Below are positions 1 through 9,896 of a DNA stretch of 64,000 nt, in pieces. Below the pieces are notes generated by a model that searched no databases, was not told the origin of the DNA, and saw only the letters and a list, made by a program, of their open reading frames with translations. Every line of letters begins with the position of its first letter. Position 1 is the stretch's first letter. The translations under genes were made by a program, and so were the position numbers. The stretch is from Candidatus Binatia bacterium (GTDB taxonomy: Bacteria > Desulfobacterota > Binatia > HRBIN30), in contig JBBRSP010000011.1 of the NCBI GenBank assembly GCA_038245295.1, positions 138,658-202,657 on the forward strand. The letters run 5' to 3'.

Positions 1-240
1 TCCGACATCGTCCTGGTGTCTTCAAATCCGCCTGCGACCTCGGAAACGGACGATGGTGTAACTCGCACCGTCACCTGGATGTTCGATTCGATTCCGGCGC
101 CCGGACACAAGCGCATCCGCTTGATTCAGAAGGCGACGGTTGCCGCGCCGCTCTGCGAAGTCCTGGATGTGAACGCCTCGGTGTCGAGCAACGAGGGCGA
201 TAGCGACGACGAGACGCGGCACGTCACCGTCCGCCAGTAA
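1..240 (+). CDS. C-terminal fragment of a beta-rich (DUF11/Ig-like) protein, truncated by the window edge
   Basis: Frame 1 is open from base 1 to TAA at 238-240; SDIVLVSSNPP...TVTWMFDSIPA...VTVRQ resembles a DUF11-type domain. Confidence 0.55.
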   Translation, partial: SDIVLVSSNPPATSETDDGVTRTVTWMFDSIPAPGHKRIRLIQKATVAAPLCEVLDVNASVSSNEGDSDDETRHVTVRQ

Positions 241-300
241 CAACCCCGAGCCTGCTCCCTCTCCCAACGCGAGAGGGGGCAGGCGATATCCTTGTCTATC

Positions 301-1278
301 ATGCGCGCCATTCTCGTATCCGGTTGGTGTGAACCAAGGGACCTGAAGATCTCGGAAGAGGTTCCTGAGCCCGAGCCCGCTGCCGATCAGGTCCTAATCG
401 ATATTCGCGCCGCCGGCTGCAACTTCGCCGACATCCTGATGGTCCAGGGCAAGTATCAGGTGTGTCCGCCGTTTCCATTCATCCCCGGCGCCGAAGTGGC
501 GGGTGTCGTGCGGCAGGTCGGTGCCGACGTCACGACATGCTCGCCCGGCGATCGAGTTTTTGCCATGGTGCCCTGGGGAGGCTTCGCCGGGGCGGTTGCT
601 GCCGCGCAAGGGTCGGTCGTGAGGATGCCGCCACGCATGTCATTCGAGCATGGCGCCGGCTTCGGAGTCGTGTACCAAACTTCCTACTTCGCCTTGGTCT
701 ATCGCACGGCGATCCAGCCTGGGGAGACGTTGCTCGTCCACGCCGCCGCCGGCGGTGTTGGCCTTGCGGCAGTGCAGATCGGCAAGGCCCTTGGTGCGCG
801 TGTGCTCGGCACCGCCGGTTCCGCCGAGAAATGCGAAGTCGCGCGGCGCAACGGTTGCGAAGAAGCCTACGATTATACCGCCGAGGATTGGGTCGAACGC
901 GTCAAGGCCGCCACCGATGGTCGCGGCGCCGATGTGATCTACGATTCGGTCGGCGGGGAGATTTTCGACCGGTCGATGAAGTCTATCGCCTTCGGCGGGC
1001 GCCTGCTTGTGATCGGCTTTGCTTCGGGCCAGATCCCTTCGGTTCAGCTCAACCGTGTCCTCTTGAAGAATATCTCGCTCATCGGACTGCACTGGGGAGC
1101 ATACATGCAACACGACCCATCGCGGATTTCTGCCGCGACGCAGGGGCTTTTCGAAATGTACGAGCGCGGGCAAATCCAGCCGGTTGTTTCGGCTACCTTC
1201 CCGCTGGCGCAGGCAGACAAGGCCCTTGAGGAGATTGGCTCCCGACGCAGCGTCGGGAAAGTGCTCCTGATTCCCTGA
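301..1278 (+). CDS. NADPH:quinone oxidoreductase family (MDR/zeta-crystallin)
   Basis: GCNFADIL..QGKYQ..PPFPFIPGAEVAG; AAAGGVG nucleotide-binding motif; GKVLL end. Confidence 0.92.
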   Translation: MRAILVSGWCEPRDLKISEEVPEPEPAADQVLIDIRAAGCNFADILMVQGKYQVCPPFPFIPGAEVAGVVRQVGADVTTCSPGDRVFAMVPWGGFAGAVAAAQGSVVRMPPRMSFEHGAGFGVVYQTSYFALVYRTAIQPGETLLVHAAAGGVGLAAVQIGKALGARVLGTAGSAEKCEVARRNGCEEAYDYTAEDWVERVKAATDGRGADVIYDSVGGEIFDRSMKSIAFGGRLLVIGFASGQIPSVQLNRVLLKNISLIGLHWGAYMQHDPSRISAATQGLFEMYERGQIQPVVSATFPLAQADKALEEIGSRRSVGKVLLIP

Positions 1279-1279
1279 G

Positions 1280-1936
1280 CTAACGCATCGGACGCAGGAT
1301 TGCCGTGTCGTTGCATCGATCGCGCACATCGGCACCACAGGCGCGCGGCTCCAGACTGCGATCGAGGCAGATCCGCACTTCCTGCAGATACTTTCCTTTG
1401 CACAACACAGCGATCGACTTCAGATCGACGTCGGGGTTGGCCGCCAAGAAGTGGCGCTTCAAGTCGGCGACAGTAACCTCCTTTGGCGCTTGTAGCTTCA
1501 CATACAGCGGCGGGATGTGGATCTCGTTGAACACCTGTCGCACCAGGGCAAAATACTGGGCCGGCCTCATGCCGCTGCAAGTGCCGTGTTTCTGCCACTC
1601 GTGACGCACGAGATCCGGACTCGGCATGACGTCGAGCATGTCGTTGATCGTGTGTTCTTCGAGTGTTGCGGCATTCGGGCAGGATTCGGGAAAGCCACGC
1701 TCATACTGTGGCCACAATCCGTGCACTACGAAGCCATAGCTGCGCGGTGCCGCACACTGGGTGTCCTGGCGCGCCGCCCCGTGATCGGCGCAGTACTCGG
1801 GCGACCACGATAGGCTGAGCAGGTAGTAGGCGAAGGCGCCTCCTTCCCCGACCCGACTTGTCTTGTGCCGCCGCGCCTGTGCCGGTTGCGCGACGAGCAC
1901 CAACATCGCGCATACCCCAAGGATTAAACGATTCAT
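1280..1936 (-). CDS. Secreted ribonuclease T2 family protein
   Basis: Signal peptide (AQPAQA); active-site motifs VVHGLWPQ and RHEWQKHGTC; LSLSWSPEYC. Confidence 0.92.
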   Translation of the reverse strand: MNRLILGVCAMLVLVAQPAQARRHKTSRVGEGGAFAYYLLSLSWSPEYCADHGAARQDTQCAAPRSYGFVVHGLWPQYERGFPESCPNAATLEEHTINDMLDVMPSPDLVRHEWQKHGTCSGMRPAQYFALVRQVFNEIHIPPLYVKLQAPKEVTVADLKRHFLAANPDVDLKSIAVLCKGKYLQEVRICLDRSLEPRACGADVRDRCNDTAILRPMR

Positions 1937-1943
1937 CAGCACC

Positions 1944-4094
1944 TCAGCGCGCCAGTGTGGTGACCACGTTGGTGATCAATCGCATGCCGACGTCGTCGGC
2001 CAGCGTCAGAATCGATTCCGGGTGAAACTGAACGGCGGCCATCGGCAAACTCGTATGCTCGATCGCCATTACCACTCCATCGGCTGTCTCCGCCGTCACC
2101 CGTAAGACCGGCGGCAAGTACTCACGCAGCGCAAATAATGAATGGTAACGCCCGGCGACGATCTGCCGCGGCAGCCCTTCGAAGATCCGCCCGCCGAGCA
2201 CGGTGACCGGCGATGGCTTGCCGTGCATCGGGTAGTCGAGCACACCAAGCTTGCCGCCGAAGTGCTCGACCATTCCCTGCAATCCAAGGCAGACCCCGAA
2301 GACGGGCAAATCGCGCTCCAGAGCTGCCGTGATGGTGCCGGAAACATTGAAATCCGTCGGTGTCCCAGGGCCGGGCGACAACACGACCAGATCAGGTCTT
2401 GCGTCATCCATCTCCGTGGCGGCGAAACCGGCGCGCAAGGTGATGACCTCGGCGCCTGCCTGTCGGAAGTAATTGGCGAGCGTGTGGACGAAGGAATCCT
2501 GGTGGTCCACGAGCAGGACCCGTTTGCCATTGCGGCGCTGCATCGGACTGGCGGTTGTTTCCGGCTTGCCGACGTCACGCGGGCGTCGAATGGCGTCGAG
2601 CAACGCCGAGCCTTTGACGCGCGTCTCGCGCTCCTCCTCGTCCGGGTCCGAGTCGTAGAGAAGCGTTGCGCCGGCCCGCACTTCGGCGACGCCGTCCTTG
2701 ATCCGGATCGTGCGCAACGTCAGCCCGGTGTTGAGATTGCGATCGAAGCCGATGTAGCCGACCGCACCGCCGTACCAGGCGCGCGGCGACTTCTCGTGGT
2801 CTTCGATGAATTGCATGGCCCAGGCTTTGGGAGCCCCGGTAACCGTTACGGCCCACGTGTGCGTCAGGAATGCATCGAGCGCGTCGAACTCTTTGCGCAA
2901 GCGACCTTCGACATGGTCGACCGTGTGGATCAGCCGCGAGTACATTTCGATCTGACGCCGGCCGATCACCCGCACACTGCCAGGTTCGCAGATGCGCGAT
3001 TTGTCGTTGCGGTCGACGTCGGTACACATCGTCAGCTCCGACTCATCCTTCGTAGAGTTCAGCAGGCGGAGGATCTGTGTTGCGTCGCCAATCGGATCGA
3101 TACCGCGGGCGATGGTGCCGGAGATGGGGCAGGTCTCGACACGGTCACCTTCGACACGAACGTACATCTCAGGCGACGCGCCAACGAGATACTCAGCGTT
3201 CCCTAGATTGGCGATGAAGCCGTAGGGAGCCGGGTTGCGTTCACGCAGACGGCGAAACACTTCGCTCGGCGGAGCCGGGCAGGGCTCGAAGAAGATCTGG
3301 CCGGGAACCACTTCGAAGAGATCGCCACGTTTGAACGACTCGCGCGCCTTGCGTACACCCTCGGCATACTCACCGGGAGCATGGTCACAGTCCCGGGGGA
3401 CATGCGTGACGCCCTGATACGGCGTGGCGGCACCCTCACGCTCGAAAGCCGCCGTCGTGCGGCCGCGATATTCAAAGTCATAGAGATGCCGCACCGCCCG
3501 TTCGCGGCGGTGATCAACGACCGTCAGTGCATCGGGCAGGTACAGAATGATGTCGCGCTGATCAGCCGGACGTTCCAGACGCAAACGAATCGGCTCGAAC
3601 TGGAACGCCAGGTCGTAGGCGAACGCTCCGTAGAGTCCGAGGTGATTGTCGACGGAACTGAAGAAGAGGTCGAGGATCGCTCGCAAGACCGAGAAGACGG
3701 AAGGCTGCTTCGAACGCTGCTCCTCCGGAAAGCGCCCTTCGGTTTCGGCAATCGTACCCTCGACCAGATCGATCGTCTTCGTCAGCTCGGCGATGGCCGG
3801 GATACCCTGCAGCCAACCGGCGATGGCCGGCAGGATCACTTGCCCACGCGAATTCAGCGCTTCGATGCGGAAGCGGCGCTCGCGCGCCGTTAGGACCAGC
3901 GGCGGATCAGAGAAGCCGATGTCCCAACGCGTGTAACGACCAGGGTACTCGTAGCTTGACGCCAGCACGATGCCGCGATGGCTATCGAGCGCGTCGAGAA
4001 TCGGCTCGATGGCGCCGAACGGGGAAATCTCTTCGGTGCGGCGGTGCACCGTAATGCCACCCCGCGTCGTGTAACTGTCGTTGATCTCAATCAC
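1944..4094 (-). CDS. trpE: Anthranilate synthase, fused components I and II (TrpE(G))
   Basis: LASSYEYPGRYTRWD, TCPISGT, TVTGAPK; C-terminal GATase with DSFVHTLANY, SPGPG, GVCLG, QFHPES; start 4094 or 4130. Confidence 0.93.
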   Translation of the reverse strand: MIEINDSYTTRGGITVHRRTEEISPFGAIEPILDALDSHRGIVLASSYEYPGRYTRWDIGFSDPPLVLTARERRFRIEALNSRGQVILPAIAGWLQGIPAIAELTKTIDLVEGTIAETEGRFPEEQRSKQPSVFSVLRAILDLFFSSVDNHLGLYGAFAYDLAFQFEPIRLRLERPADQRDIILYLPDALTVVDHRRERAVRHLYDFEYRGRTTAAFEREGAATPYQGVTHVPRDCDHAPGEYAEGVRKARESFKRGDLFEVVPGQIFFEPCPAPPSEVFRRLRERNPAPYGFIANLGNAEYLVGASPEMYVRVEGDRVETCPISGTIARGIDPIGDATQILRLLNSTKDESELTMCTDVDRNDKSRICEPGSVRVIGRRQIEMYSRLIHTVDHVEGRLRKEFDALDAFLTHTWAVTVTGAPKAWAMQFIEDHEKSPRAWYGGAVGYIGFDRNLNTGLTLRTIRIKDGVAEVRAGATLLYDSDPDEEERETRVKGSALLDAIRRPRDVGKPETTASPMQRRNGKRVLLVDHQDSFVHTLANYFRQAGAEVITLRAGFAATEMDDARPDLVVLSPGPGTPTDFNVSGTITAALERDLPVFGVCLGLQGMVEHFGGKLGVLDYPMHGKPSPVTVLGGRIFEGLPRQIVAGRYHSLFALREYLPPVLRVTAETADGVVMAIEHTSLPMAAVQFHPESILTLADDVGMRLITNVVTTLAR

Positions 4095-4249
4095 GTGCCG
4101 TATACTGCTGCAGCGCGTCAGAAAAGTCACGCGCCGGAACGTGCTCGATTCCTAACGTTCGTAGAAGTGGAAATCGACGAACCAGGCTAAATCGGTGCCG
4201 TAACGCCGTGACTCAGACGGCGAGCCGGTGCTAAGGACACGCCATTGTC

Positions 4250-5686
4250 ATGACCGAGATCAAACGAGACATTCCGACCGATGTCCTCGCCGAACGCTAC
4301 GCCAGCCCCGCCATGTCGGCGATCTGGTCGGCGCGTGGCAAGGTGATTTTGGAACGCGAGTACTGGATCGCCGTGATGAAGGCACAGCGCGAGCTGGGCT
4401 TGGCCATCCCGCCTGACGCCATTGCCGCCTACGAACGGGTGAAGGACCAGGTCGACCTGGAGAGTATTCGCGCTCGCGAGCGCGTCACGCGTCACGACGT
4501 GAAAGCACGCATCGAAGAATTCTGTGACCTTGCCGGTCAAGAACACATCCACAAGGGCCTCACGAGCCGCGATTTGACGGAGAACGTCGAACAGCTCCAG
4601 GTGCGACGTTCGCTCGATCTCCTCCGTACCAAATACGCTGCCTGCCTGATTCGTCTGGCGACACGGGTGCGCGAGTTGCGCGATCTCGTCCTGACGGCGC
4701 GCACGCACAACGTGGCGGCGCAGCCGACGACGGTTGGTCGGCGTCTGGCGATGTTCGGCGAAGAGATGCTCCTCGCCTTCGAACAGTTGGAATCAGTCAT
4801 TGATCGCTATCCGCTGCGCGGGCTCAAGGGCCCGGTCGGAACGCAACTCGATCAGCTGACGCTGTTTGATGGCGACGCGTCCAAAGTGGAGGCGCTCGAA
4901 CAAGCCGTTGTACAATTCCTCGGCTTTAAACGTGCGCTCGGCGCGGTTGGTCAGGTTTATCCGCGTAGCCTCGACTTCGAGGTTGTCAGCGCTGTCTACC
5001 AGCTAGGCGCCGGCCCCAGCAGCTTTGCAAAAACCATCCGTCTCATGAGTGGCTTCGAGCTGGCGTCCGAAGGCTTCAAAGAAGGGCAGGTCGGCTCTTC
5101 CGCGATGCCGCACAAGATCAACGCTCGCAGCTCCGAGCGACTCAATGGACTACATGTCATTCTACGCGGCTACTTGAATATGGTGATGGGCCTGGCCGGC
5201 GATCAGTGGAATGAAGGCGACGTGTCGTGTTCGGTGGTTCGTCGTGTCGCGCTGCCCGGCGCCATGCTGGCCGCCGATGGACTGCTCGAAACGTTCCTGA
5301 CGGTGATCGGCGACTTCACCGTGTTCCCCGAAGTGATTGGTGCCGAACGCCAACGCTACCTGCCATTCCTGGCGACGACGACCATTCTGATGGAAGCGGT
5401 GCGCCACGGGGCGGGCCGCGAAACGGCGCATGCGGCGATCCAGCAGCACGCCCAGGCCGTGGCGCGCGCCTTGCGCGAAGGCGGCCGGGAAAACGATATG
5501 CTCGATCGTCTCGCCGCCGATACACGCGTCGGGCTGACGAAGGACGAGCTACATGGGTTGCTGGCGTCCGGTGGACGGCTGACCGGCGCGGCGGCACAGC
5601 AGGCGGATCACTTCGTCGCCGCTGTCGCAGCGGTGGCTCAACGGATACCGCAAGCGGCTGCGGTGACACCGGGCGAAATTCTCTGA
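4250..5686 (+). CDS. purB: Adenylosuccinate lyase
   Basis: RHDVKA, HKGLTSRD, GSSAMPHKIN fumarase-superfamily signature. Confidence 0.95.
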   Translation: MTEIKRDIPTDVLAERYASPAMSAIWSARGKVILEREYWIAVMKAQRELGLAIPPDAIAAYERVKDQVDLESIRARERVTRHDVKARIEEFCDLAGQEHIHKGLTSRDLTENVEQLQVRRSLDLLRTKYAACLIRLATRVRELRDLVLTARTHNVAAQPTTVGRRLAMFGEEMLLAFEQLESVIDRYPLRGLKGPVGTQLDQLTLFDGDASKVEALEQAVVQFLGFKRALGAVGQVYPRSLDFEVVSAVYQLGAGPSSFAKTIRLMSGFELASEGFKEGQVGSSAMPHKINARSSERLNGLHVILRGYLNMVMGLAGDQWNEGDVSCSVVRRVALPGAMLAADGLLETFLTVIGDFTVFPEVIGAERQRYLPFLATTTILMEAVRHGAGRETAHAAIQQHAQAVARALREGGRENDMLDRLAADTRVGLTKDELHGLLASGGRLTGAAAQQADHFVAAVAAVAQRIPQAAAVTPGEIL

Positions 5687-5806
5687 CGCTTGTCGCGGCA
5701 GTTTGCAAACGACTGGTGCATTTCCGCGTCGAAAAGTTTCGGATATTTGCACCAGGCATCGTTGCGCCGTGCGTGACAACCTGCGGCAATCTGGTAAGAG
5801 CCAACT

Positions 5807-6631
5807 ATGTCGAAGCCGCTTCCCACGAAGGACGATGAACGGCCGCGAGCCCTGGTTACCGGCGCTTCCGCAGGCATCGGCGCTGCCTTTGCCACTCGGT
5901 TGGCGCGTGCCGGTTACGACCTCGTCTTAGTCGCCCGCAGCGGCGACACACTCAAGAGACAAGCTTTCGCCCTGAGCGACAAGTTCCGCGTCAGTGTCGA
6001 AGCGCTGCCGGCCGATCTGATCGACCCGGCACAGCTGAAGGTCGTCGAGTCCTACGTTGCGGCGGATGAGCGCCTGACACTGCTCGTCAACAACGCCGGC
6101 TTTGGAACGATGGGACGCTTCCACGAGCTCGACGTGGACAAGGAAGAATCGGAGATCCGCCTCAACGTCCTCGCCCTGGTCCGCCTTACTCGTGCCGCGT
6201 TGCCGGGGATGGTGGCGCGCGCCGACGGTGCGATCATCAACGTGTCATCGATGGCGTCGTTCCAGGCCGCACCGTTTAATGCCACGTATGCGGCGACCAA
6301 GGCCTACATCAACTCGTTCACCGAGAGTCTCTACGAAGAGCTGCGCGGCACCAACGTGCGGGTTCAGGCTCTTTGCCCAGGCTTCACGCGCACCGAGTTC
6401 CAGCAGCGGGCGGGTATCGATGTGACCGGTGTGCCGTCCATGGCGTGGATGTCGGCCGACGACGTTGTGGAAGCCTCGCTCGCCGCTCTGCAGCGCCGCG
6501 ATCTGATCTGTGTTCCCGGCATGTCGAACAAGATCGTTTCGACACTCACCAGCGCTTTGCCGCGCAGCATCACCCGTCGCCTGGCCGGGATGCTTGCCTC
6601 CAGCGTGCTCGGCGGCGACGACAAGAAGTAG
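5807..6631 (+). CDS. Short-chain dehydrogenase/reductase
   Basis: TGASAGIG, NNAG, YAATK. Confidence 0.92.
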   Translation: MSKPLPTKDDERPRALVTGASAGIGAAFATRLARAGYDLVLVARSGDTLKRQAFALSDKFRVSVEALPADLIDPAQLKVVESYVAADERLTLLVNNAGFGTMGRFHELDVDKEESEIRLNVLALVRLTRAALPGMVARADGAIINVSSMASFQAAPFNATYAATKAYINSFTESLYEELRGTNVRVQALCPGFTRTEFQQRAGIDVTGVPSMAWMSADDVVEASLAALQRRDLICVPGMSNKIVSTLTSALPRSITRRLAGMLASSVLGGDDKK

Positions 6632-6634
6632 CCT

Positions 6635-7087
6635 CTAAGACATCCCGGAGTCGCCGTTCTCCAGATCCTCGGCGCGCAACGGCGCCACGTGGATGCTCTC
6701 GTAGCGTCGCAGCAAAACTTTCCCCGGCTCGAATCCGCGTGGCTTGCTCACGTCGGCGCACTGGGCAACATGCACCGTTGCGGTCTTCGCATTGCGCCCC
6801 TTGGAGTACCCGGCAGCCAACCCGGCGGCGAAGCGCAGGGTTTCGCGGGGCAGCTTCGGCAATTTGTCCGGATTGCGCACGACGACGTGGGAGCCGGAGT
6901 CGCCGGACAGGTGAAACCAGAAATCCTGCGGCGCGCCCAACTTGAGCGATAGGGTGTCGTTCTCGACCGCCGTCTTACCGACGAGCACGATGAAACCCTC
7001 CGGCGATACGAAGCGCCGCGCGATCCGTTTACCCTCGAAGATGCCGGCGTCCGGGTCTGTGACTCCGGGAGGACGACTGCCGCTCAT
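6635..7087 (-). CDS. Stand-alone NFACT RNA-binding domain (DUF814) protein
   Basis: VLVGKTAVENDTLS..DFWFH..GSHVVV..AAGYSK; ATG at 7087 overlaps the upstream stop (ATGA). Confidence 0.85.
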   Translation of the reverse strand: MSGSRPPGVTDPDAGIFEGKRIARRFVSPEGFIVLVGKTAVENDTLSLKLGAPQDFWFHLSGDSGSHVVVRNPDKLPKLPRETLRFAAGLAAGYSKGRNAKTATVHVAQCADVSKPRGFEPGKVLLRRYESIHVAPLRAEDLENGDSGMS

Positions 7088-7767
7088 TTGCCGGCGCTGA
7101 GGTCGGCCCGCTGCATGATCGAGTGTGCCTCGTAGTACATGCCGCGTTTGATCGCGCCCATCGTGCCACGATCTTTGTCGGTCAGGGCAGCAACCCGTTC
7201 GATGGCATTGCCCACGACATCTGTCACCGCCGCCGTTCCATCCACGACGCCGAGGGTGACGCAGTCCGCGGCGTTGACGCGTTTGCCGCTCAACAACAGG
7301 TCGCGCAACACACCGGGTGTCAGCCGGGTTTTGATCAGGGCCATCATGCCAGGAGCGAAGGGCATGCGTAGGTCGATCTCCGGTAGGCAAAAATAGCCGC
7401 GATCGGCGCGCATGATTCGGAAGTCGTGCGCCAAAGAGAGCATGGCGCCGCCGGCAAAGGCGTGACCGTTCATCGCCGCGGCGGTTGCCATGGGAAAGGT
7501 CATCAGGCGACCGAGCATCTTGATCAGATCGGCGACGACTGCCGTGAACTGCGGTGCGCCTTCTCCCATCAACCAATCGAGATCGAGGCCGTTCGAATAG
7601 AACTTGTCTTCGCCGGTGGTGACCAGCGCGGCTGGCCCTTCGGAACGCTCCACTTCGTCGAGCGCGGCATTGAAGTCGTCGATGAAAATGCGATTGAAGC
7701 GATTCTCCCCGGCGCGCATGGTCAGCACGAAAACCGACCCTTCTCGTTTGAGATCAATCACTGACAC
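7084..7767 (-). CDS. Enoyl-CoA hydratase/isomerase family (delta-isomerase-like)
   Basis: KFYSNGLDL, NGHAFAGG, FCLPEIDL. Confidence 0.9.
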   Translation of the reverse strand: MSVIDLKREGSVFVLTMRAGENRFNRIFIDDFNAALDEVERSEGPAALVTTGEDKFYSNGLDLDWLMGEGAPQFTAVVADLIKMLGRLMTFPMATAAAMNGHAFAGGAMLSLAHDFRIMRADRGYFCLPEIDLRMPFAPGMMALIKTRLTPGVLRDLLLSGKRVNAADCVTLGVVDGTAAVTDVVGNAIERVAALTDKDRGTMGAIKRGMYYEAHSIMQRADLSAGK

Positions 7768-7822
7768 GGTGGTCCCTTTCTTTCATTCTGCCGTGTGATG
7801 CAGGATCGCCGGTAGGCGTGTC

Positions 7823-8893
7823 TCACCCAAGCACCAATGGTCCTGTCTTGAGCCGCGGCAACACGTAGCGACCAACGTAGTCACACTCATCCGCGTGCGT
7901 ATAACCGGAAAGGATGAAGCCACGCAGGCCGAGGTCGATGTACGCCTGCAGTTTGCTTACGACTTGATCCGGGTCGCCGACCAGTGCCGCGCCGCAGCCG
8001 CTGCGGGCGCGGCCAATGCCGGTCCAGAGGTTGTCTTCGACGAAGCCTTCGTCGTCCGCCGCGCCACGCATTTCAGCCTGGCGGCGCACTCCTTCGGAGG
8101 CATGATCGAGCGACTTCTTCCGGATTTCTTCCCCGGTTCCGGCGTCGAGTTTGCTCATCAGTTTGCGCGCCGCCGCTCGCGCCTGCGCTTCGGTTTCGCG
8201 CACGATCATGTGGATACGGTAGCCGAACTGCAGTTCGCGACCGACACGGCTGGCCCGCTGGCGCATGTCGTCGAGAAGTGTTCGCAGGGCCGGTATCGGC
8301 TCCGGCCACATCAAGAATACATCAGCCTCGGCGGCGGCCGCATTGCGCGCGTCCTCCGAGAGGCCGCCGAAATAAAAGGGCGGGCACCGACGGCCTACCG
8401 GTTGTGCGGCTGGGGCATCGAGATCGAGCTGGAAAAACTCGCCCTGGTGGTGAATCGCCTCGCCATTCAGGAGAGCACGGAGAATCTGCATGCATTCACG
8501 GGTGCGTTGATAACGCGGCGCCGACGGTAGAGGTGCGCCGGGCAGATCACTCGAAATGATGTTGATCGTCAGTCGGCCGCCGAGCATCTGGTCGAGTGTT
8601 GCCAGCTGACGCGCCAATTGGGGCGGAAACATTTCGCCGCATCGCACGGCGACCAGTAGCCGTATACGCGACGTCAGTGGGGCAACTGCCGCGGCGAAGG
8701 CGACGCTATCGATGCCAAGGTTGTACCCCGACGGGCACAGTATGTTGTTGAAGCCATTCGCCTCGGCGCGTAGCAGGATATCGCGACAATGAGGGAAGGA
8801 GCTGCGCAGGGCTGGATTCGGTACGCCTAGATACTCGTAGTCATCATCGCACAGCGGCGCGAACCACGCGACCTCAACACTCGGGCGTTCCAT
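7823..8893 (-). CDS. LLM-class flavin-dependent monooxygenase, probable sulfoquinovose monooxygenase (SmoC/SquD-like)
   Basis: SsuD fold; EVAWFAPLCDDDYEYLGVP, NIISSDLPG and NLWTGIGRARSGCGAALVG match my recollection of SQ monooxygenases; neighbours fit. Confidence 0.8.
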   Translation of the reverse strand: MERPSVEVAWFAPLCDDDYEYLGVPNPALRSSFPHCRDILLRAEANGFNNILCPSGYNLGIDSVAFAAAVAPLTSRIRLLVAVRCGEMFPPQLARQLATLDQMLGGRLTINIISSDLPGAPLPSAPRYQRTRECMQILRALLNGEAIHHQGEFFQLDLDAPAAQPVGRRCPPFYFGGLSEDARNAAAAEADVFLMWPEPIPALRTLLDDMRQRASRVGRELQFGYRIHMIVRETEAQARAAARKLMSKLDAGTGEEIRKKSLDHASEGVRRQAEMRGAADDEGFVEDNLWTGIGRARSGCGAALVGDPDQVVSKLQAYIDLGLRGFILSGYTHADECDYVGRYVLPRLKTGPLVLG

Positions 8894-8918
8894 CAGCGAG
8901 GCCTCACTCCTTCGTGTG

Positions 8919-9836
8919 TCATGGCAACTTCTTTCCCTGGGATGCTTGGACGATCGAGTACCAATCGTGGCGTGTCAGCTTGACGCGGAACGCTGCCAGG
9001 CAATCGCGAATGCGTTCGACACGCTGGGTGCCGATGATCGGAATAATGCCGGCCGGATGCGCCAACAAGAACGCCAGCGCGATGGCGCTGCGCGGCACAC
9101 CCTCACGCGCCGCGAGGGTGTCGAGGCAGGTGATGAGCCCCGCCAAACGTTCACCGTCGCGCTCCTTGATGGCTTGCTCCGGCGTCAGGCCGAGTTTGCC
9201 GCCGGCCAGCGGACTCCAGGCGAGCGGTGTCACCTTGGTGCGCAGGCACTGGTCGAGGACGCCGTCGCGCAGGGGTTCGAGCCACCAGCAGCTGAGCTCG
9301 GGTTGGTGCGTTGTAATCGGGAAGGGCAGGTAGTGCTGCAACGCCTCGAACTGTGCGGCGCGATGGTTCGAAACACCTACCTCGCGAATCTTCCCGTGCT
9401 GCCGCAAGCTGCTCAGCGCCGCCGCGGTCTCCTCGGGATGGCCGAGCATGTCGGGCCGATGGATTTGGTAGAGGTCGATGGCATCGATGCGCAGTCGACG
9501 TAGCGAGGCCTCGCATGATTCGAGAATATGAGCGCGGCTCGAATCGTAGGGCAAACCCGGAACGATGCCGCACTTGGTGGCGATCAGCATGCTGTCGCGC
9601 AGATGAGGGGTCTCATCCAACACTTTGCCGAACAGCTCCTCCGCGGCGCCGTTGCCGCCGTAAATGTCGGCGTGATCGAACAGCGTGATGCCGGTCTCGA
9701 GAGCAGCTTCGATCTTGTCGCGTGAGCTACGGAGATCACTGCCCGCAAACCGCCAACAACCGTAGGCGATAGGAAAGGCGCGCAACGAAGTGATCCCCAG
9801 GGGGCGTGTCGCTGTCGAAATCGGGATGGCTTCCAT
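8919..9836 (-). CDS. Aldo/keto reductase, probable 6-oxo-glucose reductase (SmoB/SquF-like)
   Basis: AYGCWR, FDHADIYG, TKCGIV, HRPD, VGVSN, AWSPLAGG. Confidence 0.85.
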   Translation of the reverse strand: MEAIPISTATRPLGITSLRAFPIAYGCWRFAGSDLRSSRDKIEAALETGITLFDHADIYGGNGAAEELFGKVLDETPHLRDSMLIATKCGIVPGLPYDSSRAHILESCEASLRRLRIDAIDLYQIHRPDMLGHPEETAAALSSLRQHGKIREVGVSNHRAAQFEALQHYLPFPITTHQPELSCWWLEPLRDGVLDQCLRTKVTPLAWSPLAGGKLGLTPEQAIKERDGERLAGLITCLDTLAAREGVPRSAIALAFLLAHPAGIIPIIGTQRVERIRDCLAAFRVKLTRHDWYSIVQASQGKKLP

Positions 9837-9896
9837 TTCAGGGGCACGCTACCAGAGCCTTTTGTCTGTTTCGAGCAGGGTGTGAGGGAGGAATCG

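Noticed and set aside
1944..4130. TrpE-TrpG fusion as a novelty, or PhzE of a phenazine cluster
   Set aside because: Fused TrpE(G) is known in rhizobia and cyanobacteria; no phz genes are adjacent and no Trp-rich leader peptide was seen
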